Shown piece after piece: positions 5,483 through 11,378 of a stretch of 11,378 nucleotides of DNA (the first letter of the stretch is position 1; the number at the start of each line of letters is the position of its first letter). The translations under genes and the position numbers were made by a program. This stretch comes from Elusimicrobiota bacterium (GTDB lineage Bacteria; Elusimicrobiota; Elusimicrobia; UBA1565), in contig JBDREN010000206.1 of assembly GCA_043819795.1 (NCBI GenBank), positions 1 through 11,378 of the forward strand. The letters run 5' to 3'. The notes beneath the pieces were generated by a model that saw only the letters and a program-made list of their open reading frames with translations, was not told the DNA's origin and searched no databases.

Positions 5483-8469
5483 ATGAAGCCCAGAAACTTC
5501 CTTTTCACCACCATACTGGCCGCCGCAATCCTGAGCCCGGCCTTGGCGCCGAGCGCTCATGCCCAGACGACGTTTCCCGTAACGATCGACGCCGGCGCCC
5601 TGACCGGCGGCTGGTACATCCCGGGCTCGAGCCCCTGGCATACCAGCGGCCAGGTCATCTCCCTCGACCTCCTCCCGGGCGCCTACGGCTTCACATACGG
5701 CACCGTCGCGGGCTTCGGGTTCACGGTCGACGCGGGCGGCAAGATCCACTACGACCCGGGCCTGAGCTTCTTGAGCGGCGAGGGATCGTCCACGCTCATC
5801 GTCGACGGCTTCCCGGCAACCGTGAACGCCGACGCCGTGCCCAACCGCTGGTACATCCAAGGCATCACCCAAGGCTCTCCCACGGGCGACACCATCTCCA
5901 CCGTCCTCATCCCGGGCGAATACCACCTCCAACATACCGGGGGCATGACCACCACATTCTCGGTCGACGAGAACGGCCTCGTCCAGTATGACCCCGCCCT
6001 CACCTATCTGAGCGGAGCGGGGACGTCCACGCTCGTCGTCGCCCCCGACACCTTCGAGATAACGATCGACGCGTCCGCCCTGGCCGGCAGCTGGTACATC
6101 CCGGGCGTCGGATCCACGCCGCCCGGCGGGCACGCCGTCTCCCTCACCGTCCTCCCGGGCCAATACGGCTTCATATACGGCACCGTCGCGGGCGTCGGGT
6201 TCTCGGTGGACGAAAACGGCCTTATCCAATACGACCCCGCCGAGAGCATCTTGAGCGGCGCGGGCACGTCCACGCTGGTCGTCGGCGGCTTCCCGGTCAC
6301 CGTGAACGCCGACGCCCTGACCGGCGGCTGGTACATCCAAGGCGTGACCCAATGGTCCACCTCCGGCGAGACCGTCTCGGCGGTCTTTATCCCGGGCGAC
6401 TACCATCTCCAACACGCCGGGGGCACGACCACCACATTCTCGATCGACGAAAACGGCCTGTCCGGTATGACCCCGCCCTCACCTATTTGAACGGAGCGGG
6501 GACGTCCACCCTCGTCGTCAGCCCCGTCACGCTCACCGTAACGATCGACGCCGGCGCCCTGCCCGGCGGCTGGTACATCCCGGGAGCGAGCCCCTGGCAT
6601 ACCAGCGGCCAGGTCATCTCCCTCACCATTCTCCCGGGCGAATACGGCTTCACATACGGCACCGTCGCGGGCTTCGGGTTCACGGTCGACGCGGGCGGCA
6701 AGATCCACTACGACCCGGGCCTGAGCTTCTTGAGCGGCGAGGGATCGTCCACGCTCGTCGTCGGCGGCTTCCCGGTCACCGTGAACGCCGACGCCGTGCC
6801 CAACCGCTGGTACATCCAAGGCATCACCCAAGGCTCTCCCGCGGGCGACACCATCTCCACCGTCCTCATCCCGGGCGAATACCACCTCCAACACACCGGG
6901 GGCATGACCACCACGTTCTCGGTCGACGAAAACGGCCTCGTCCAGTACGATCCCGCCCTCACCTACCTGAGCGGAGCGGGGACGTCCACCCTCATCGTCG
7001 CCCCCGACACCTTTGAGATAACGATCGACGCGACCGCCCTGACCGGCGACTGGTACGTCCCGGGCGTCAACTCCATGGTGCCCGGCGGGCAGGCGGTCTC
7101 CCTAACGATCCTCCCCGGCGCCTACGGCTTCACATACGGCACCGTCGCGGGCGTCGGGTTCTCGGTGGACGAAAACGGCCTCATCCAATACGACCCCGCC
7201 CAGGGCATCTTGAGCGGCGCGGGCACGCCCACGCTCGCCGTCGGCGGCTTCCCGGTCGCCGTGAACGCCGACGCCCTGACCGGCGGCTGGTACATCCAAG
7301 GCATAACCCAATGGTCCACCACCGGCGAGACCGTCCCGACGGTCCTCATCCCGGGCGACTACCATCTCCAACACGCCGGGTACACGTCATACGAGTTCTC
7401 GGTCGACGAGAACGGCCTCGTCTACTATGATCCCGCCCTGACCCTATTTGGCGGCGAGGGGACCTCCGCCCTCATCATCAACGGCTTCCCCGTCACCATC
7501 AACGGAAGCTTCCTAAGCGGCGACTGGCAGGTCCGAAGCGTCACCGGCTGGCTGACCGGCGTCCATACCGTCACCATCCTCCCCGGCGCCTTCGCGATCA
7601 ATCAGCCGGGCCAGCCTCTCATCGTGTTCACCCTCGACGAAAACGGCGACGTCCAATCGGATCACCCCGACCTCTTCGGGGACGCCACGCCCCCCTCCAT
7701 CACCGCGCCCCCGGGCCTCACCGTGGAGTGCGCCGCCCACGGCGGCCAGGCCGTGGATATCGGCATGGCCGTTGCCGCAGACGACACCGATCCGGACCCA
7801 GCTATCGCAAATGACGCCCCGGCGCTATTCATCAAGGGATCCACGCTGGTGACCTGGACCGCCACCGACTTCAGCGGCAACAGCGCGGCGGCGCTCCAGA
7901 CCGTCAACATCCAGGACACGGCCCCGGCCCAACTGGGCGCCTGCCAGGACGTGACCGAGCTTCAAGATTCGGCCGCCGGTACGGCCATCACCCTAAATCC
8001 GCCGGCAATCGCCGACGCATGCGACCCCCAGCCGTCGCTCGCCAGCGACGCCCCGGCGATCTTCCCGGTGGGCGCCACCCAGGTGACCTGGACGGCCGAA
8101 GACGCCGGCGGCAACACGGCCCAGACGACCTGCGCCGTCACCATATTGACCCCCGCCGAGGCGACCGAGCACCTGGCCGGGACCGTCCAGGACATGGAGC
8201 TCCCCGGAGGAGCGGAGAACAGCCTAATGTCCCAACTCGACGCCGCCGCCGCCTCGCTAGCCAAGGGCAACGCCAAGGCCGGCGCCAATAAGCTGCGCGC
8301 CTTCATCAACCACGTCGAAGCCCAGCGGCGCACGGAAGACCCCGAGACCGCCGCTCAGGCGACGGCCAAAGGGGGCAAGAAGCCCGCCAAGAAGAAAGGG
8401 AAGAAGCTCACCGGCCGGCAAGCCGACGACCTGATCGAAGAGGTCATGAAGATCCTCTCGCATATCTGA
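5483..8469 (+). pseudogene. Secreted ~995-aa repeat protein (nine ~80-aa beta-rich repeats, 2 HYR domains, FIMAH-like tail) interrupted by a 1-bp deletion at 6459/6460; pseudogene or sequencing error
   Basis: ATG 5483 with RBS and signal peptide MKPRNFLFTTILAAAILSPALAPSAHA. The ORFs ending at 6490 and 8469 join if one C is restored (aacggcct-gtcc versus aacggcctcgtcc in sister repeats). HYR-like motifs DATPPSITAP...GSTLVTWTATDFSGN and FPVGATQVTWTAEDAGGN. Tail NKLRAFINHVEAQR. Confidence 0.85.
5575..7680 (+). repeat. Hierarchical tandem repeat with 240/480/960-bp periods (8 full units plus 1 degenerate)
   Basis: aacgatcgacgc at 5581, 6061, 6540 and 7020; cgtgaacgccgacgcc at 5821, 6301, 6780 and 7260. 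Near-identical blocks are offset by 959 bp (960 minus the deleted base). Confidence 0.92.
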
Positions 8470-8793
8470 GGGGAGGGAAACGCCTAGCCTCGCCTTGCTT
8501 GCGGTGTTGGGGTCCAGCCCCGGCGATGGAGGGGTCAGGCGTCTCTATTAAGGAAAGAACAAGGGCCAGCGGAAATAGTCGCCACCCTGCTGACTGTGGG
8601 GGAGGTTGCGCTACAAACGAGGCAAACGCCAGAAGCGCCGCCGGAGGTCACAACAACTGTCCCCCTCCCAGGCCCGGGGCATGGGACTGTCCGTGGGAAA
8701 AACAGAAGACAGGACAATTCCTGGTACTCACAGATCCATTCCACCCCGCAAGCCCGAAAGAGCTAGAATGCTACCGAATCACGGCTGATACGC

Positions 8794-9726
8794 ATGTCGA
8801 CCAGCATTTCGGGCTATGTGGGGAACACCGACTTCGAGTGGTACCAATTCCTCTCGAACCATCCCGAATTCCGAGAGGTTAATTTCTGGCAGCCCTCGGG
8901 CGGCCGCGGCTTCCGAGCCATATCCCCTGGGGAGCCCTTCTTCTTTCGGCTGAAGTCCCCTCATAATGCGATTGGCGGGTTCGGATACCTCTCCCGCCAC
9001 GAAATTCTTCCGGCATGGCTCGCCTGGGACACATTTGGAATGGCGAACGGCGCACTGACGTTCCAAAAAATGGTCCACCGTATTGCCAAGTATCGGCGGG
9101 CCCCGGAAGACCCGCACGGCAATAATCGGATAGGATGCCTCATGGTCGTGGACCCGGTATTCTTTCCGCCGTCATCCTGGGTCAGGGAACCTGCCGGGTG
9201 GCACCAAAATATCGTACAAGGTCGGACTATCGACTTATCGGAGGGCGATGGACTGCGCATCTCCGTCGAGTGCAACGACCAAGCCAAGAATAGCACGCCG
9301 GCACTGAAGGGCGGTGAGGGATCCGAGAGATTCGGCGAGCCGTTGGTCGTCCGTCCCAGGCTCGGGCAAGGAAGTTTTCGCCTGGCCGTTACGAGCGCCT
9401 ATGGGCGCGCCTGCGCCGTCACGATGGAGCATTCTTTGCCTGTCCTCGACGCCGCCCATATCCGGCCATACTCTGAGGGGGGTGCGCACGAGATCTCCAA
9501 CGGGCTTCTTCTGAGATCCGACATCCACCGCCTCTTTGACAGAGGGTACGTGACGGTGGCGCCGGACCTGCGCTTCCAGGTGAGCCGAAAGCTCAAGGAT
9601 GATTTCTCCAACGGCCGGAGCTACTACGGCCTGCACGGCCAGCCCATCCACCTCCCGACCCAACCGGATGAGCGGCCAAACAAGCTTGTGCTGAATTGGC
9701 ACAATAAAAACCTTTTCCTGGGGTGA
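8794..9726 (+). CDS. HNH endonuclease (HNH_2-type, predicted restriction endonuclease) with an N-terminal putative DNA-recognition domain
   Basis: C-terminal RLGQGSFRLAVTSAYGRACAVT...LDAAHIRPY...ISNGLLLRSDIHRLFDRG. N-terminal NTDFEWYQFL...EVNFWQP...PGEPFFFRLKSPHNAIGGFG domain. Confidence 0.9.
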   Translation: MSTSISGYVGNTDFEWYQFLSNHPEFREVNFWQPSGGRGFRAISPGEPFFFRLKSPHNAIGGFGYLSRHEILPAWLAWDTFGMANGALTFQKMVHRIAKYRRAPEDPHGNNRIGCLMVVDPVFFPPSSWVREPAGWHQNIVQGRTIDLSEGDGLRISVECNDQAKNSTPALKGGEGSERFGEPLVVRPRLGQGSFRLAVTSAYGRACAVTMEHSLPVLDAAHIRPYSEGGAHEISNGLLLRSDIHRLFDRGYVTVAPDLRFQVSRKLKDDFSNGRSYYGLHGQPIHLPTQPDERPNKLVLNWHNKNLFLG

Positions 9727-9732
9727 ACACCT

Positions 9733-10083
9733 ATGCCTGACAAAATCCAGGTCCTATCCGCTGCCCTCGCCGAATTCGCCCGCGACCGCGACTGGGAACA
9801 ATTCCACACTCCAAAGAACCTCGCCATGGCGCTATCCGTTGAAGCCTCTGAGATCGTCGAGATCTTTCAGTGGCTTACCGCGGACGAAAGCAAGGACCTT
9901 CCCCCAGAGAAAGTCCAGCATCTCCGTGAGGAATTAGCTGACACGTTCATCTTCCTCCTCAAGCTCGCCAACCACTACGGGGTCGACCTCATCGCGGCTG
10001 CTCACGAAAAGATCCAGAAGAACGCGAGGAGATACCCGGTCGAGAAGGCTCGGGGAAGCGCGAAGAAGTCTCACGAGCTGTAG
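9733..10083 (+). CDS. MazG-like nucleotide pyrophosphohydrolase (RS21-C6/DCTPP1-like)
   Basis: FARDRDWEQFHTPKNLAMALSVEASEIVEIFQW...LREELADTFIFL...KIQKNARRYP, with ExxE...ExxD metal-binding residues. Starts 6 nt after the HNH stop. Confidence 0.92.
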   Translation: MPDKIQVLSAALAEFARDRDWEQFHTPKNLAMALSVEASEIVEIFQWLTADESKDLPPEKVQHLREELADTFIFLLKLANHYGVDLIAAAHEKIQKNARRYPVEKARGSAKKSHEL

Positions 10084-11378
10084 ATGGAGCTCTACTCCGG
10101 CAGTTCACAGCAGTTCATTGAGGACTCCGTCCAGAACCGCATTGCCGGCAAGCTCAAGGCTGCCTTCTTGGAGCAGTTCCGCTACCGGCCCTCCGATAAT
10201 GAAGTCCGCTCCTGGCACAATTCCCTGGGAAAGATCAAAGACGTCTTCCAACGTGCCGACCTGACAGACCACGGCGTCGTCCTTGAGTACCAGCTTCCGC
10301 TCACGTCCAAGCGTCTTGATTGCATGATAACCGGCAAGGATGGCGAACGCACGGAGAACGCCGTGATCGTCGAGCTCAAACAGTGGGAGCAATGCGAGCC
10401 AGCCGACGGCGAAAACGAGGTCATCACCTGGGTCGGCGGCTCGAACCGTTGCGTCCTGCACCCATCGGTCCAGGTCGGCCAATACACCATGTACATCCGT
10501 GACGGGCACACAGCCTTCCACGAAGACGACACGCCCGTAAAGTTGGGCTCCTGCGGCTACCTGCACAACTATCACTTCGTTGAGGCAGACCCCCTTAAGG
10601 CCCCCAAGTTCCGAGAAGCCGAGAGCGAAAGCCCGATCTTCTCAGCTGACGACGTAGACCCCCTATGCGGCTTCCTGACCCAGCGCCTGAACCGTGGGGA
10701 CGGCATGGCCGTCCTCTCCCGCATCCAGAGCAGCAAGTTCAGGGCCAGCAAGAAGCTTCTTGAACACGTATCCGCCATCATCAAGACCCAGCCGGTCTAT
10801 AACCTGCTTGACGAACAACTTGTCGTCTACGACGAAGTGTTCGCGGCTGCCAAGAAATCCGGCTCCAAGGCCGGAAAAATGGTCCTCTTGGTGCGCGGCG
10901 GACCTGGGACTGGGAAATCCGTCATTGCGATCAACCTGATGGCCGATCTATCGAAGGCGGGCTTCAATAGCCACTACGCCACCGGTTCCAGGGCCTTCAC
11001 CGAGACCCTGCGGAAGATCGTCGGACCGCGCGCAGCCCAGCAGTTCAAGTATTTCAACAGCTATACGACTGCGCAGGTCGATGAGGTCGACGTGCTGGTC
11101 TTGGACGAAAGCCACCGGATTCGGGCATCGAGCGTCAGTAGATACACCCGGCGGGATGCGCGCAGCGGTTTGCCTCAGGTTGAGGAACTCATGCGGGCGG
11201 CGAAGGTCTCCGTCTTCTTTATTGATGACTTTCAAGGCATAAAGCCCGACGAGGTGGGAAGTAGCGACCTGATCCGCTCCGCAGCCGAAAGGCTTGGCTG
11301 CAAAATCGGAGAATACGAATTGGAGGCCCAATTCCGGTGCAGCGGTTCGGACGCCTTTGTGAACTGGATCGACAATAC
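10084..11378 (+). CDS. DUF2075 (Schlafen group-3-like helicase/ATPase) protein with an N-terminal PD-(D/E)xK-like nuclease domain; partial, runs off the window
   Basis: Absent from the ORF track because it has no stop in the window. ATG abuts the MazG stop (TAG-ATG). Open frame MELYSGSSQQFIED...SWHNSL...LEYQLPLTSKRLDCMITG...VIVELKQW...HPSVQV...YLHNY. Walker A GGPGTGKS at 10897-10920, Walker B VLVLDESHR at ~11092-11118, later ELEAQFRCSGSD. Confidence 0.9.
   Translation, partial: MELYSGSSQQFIEDSVQNRIAGKLKAAFLEQFRYRPSDNEVRSWHNSLGKIKDVFQRADLTDHGVVLEYQLPLTSKRLDCMITGKDGERTENAVIVELKQWEQCEPADGENEVITWVGGSNRCVLHPSVQVGQYTMYIRDGHTAFHEDDTPVKLGSCGYLHNYHFVEADPLKAPKFREAESESPIFSADDVDPLCGFLTQRLNRGDGMAVLSRIQSSKFRASKKLLEHVSAIIKTQPVYNLLDEQLVVYDEVFAAAKKSGSKAGKMVLLVRGGPGTGKSVIAINLMADLSKAGFNSHYATGSRAFTETLRKIVGPRAAQQFKYFNSYTTAQVDEVDVLVLDESHRIRASSVSRYTRRDARSGLPQVEELMRAAKVSVFFIDDFQGIKPDEVGSSDLIRSAAERLGCKIGEYELEAQFRCSGSDAFVNWIDN

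Noticed and set aside
6352..6460. Independent start for a 705-aa gene
   Set aside because: The first ~36 codons are out-of-frame repeat sequence with no signal peptide. The ORF is the continuation of the frameshifted gene.
5575..7680. CRISPR array or non-coding repeat
   Set aside because: The repeats are in-frame protein-coding units with no unique spacers.
8470..8793. Small ORFs, a terminator or REP-like motifs (ACTGTCC twice, GGGGTCAGG) in the spacer
   Set aside because: No recognisable protein motif, no convincing hairpin with a U-tract, and the motifs are too short to support a call.
10105..11331. Several short ORFs listed in the track
   Set aside because: All are shadows of the DUF2075 reading frame that starts at 10084.

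Overview
High-GC bacterial accessory/defence-like region. Left to right: an AbiE/type IV TA-like pair on the minus strand (winged-HTH protein plus a probably truncated nucleotidyltransferase) with a palindromic operator; a YeeE/YedE-like gene remnant; a secreted 876-aa protein (12 NHL repeats, thrombospondin type-3 repeats, C-terminal FIMAH-like helical domain); an XRE-HTH remnant and a RelE/HigB-HigA-like type II TA operon with its own operator; a divergent secreted ~995-aa protein (nine ~80-aa repeats, 2 HYR domains, the same FIMAH-like tail) split by a 1-bp deletion at 6459/6460; and a tightly coupled operon of HNH endonuclease, MazG-like pyrophosphatase and a DUF2075 nuclease-helicase that runs off the window and is missing from the ORF track. 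Most notable: the two divergent secreted proteins share a C-terminal domain and an identical 19-bp promoter element (TGTCATTGACTTGTCAGCG, Pho-box-like), which forms a perfect inverted repeat around the TA module. The HNH/MazG/DUF2075 operon is a candidate anti-phage system. Family assignments come from motif recognition by eye; no searches were run.
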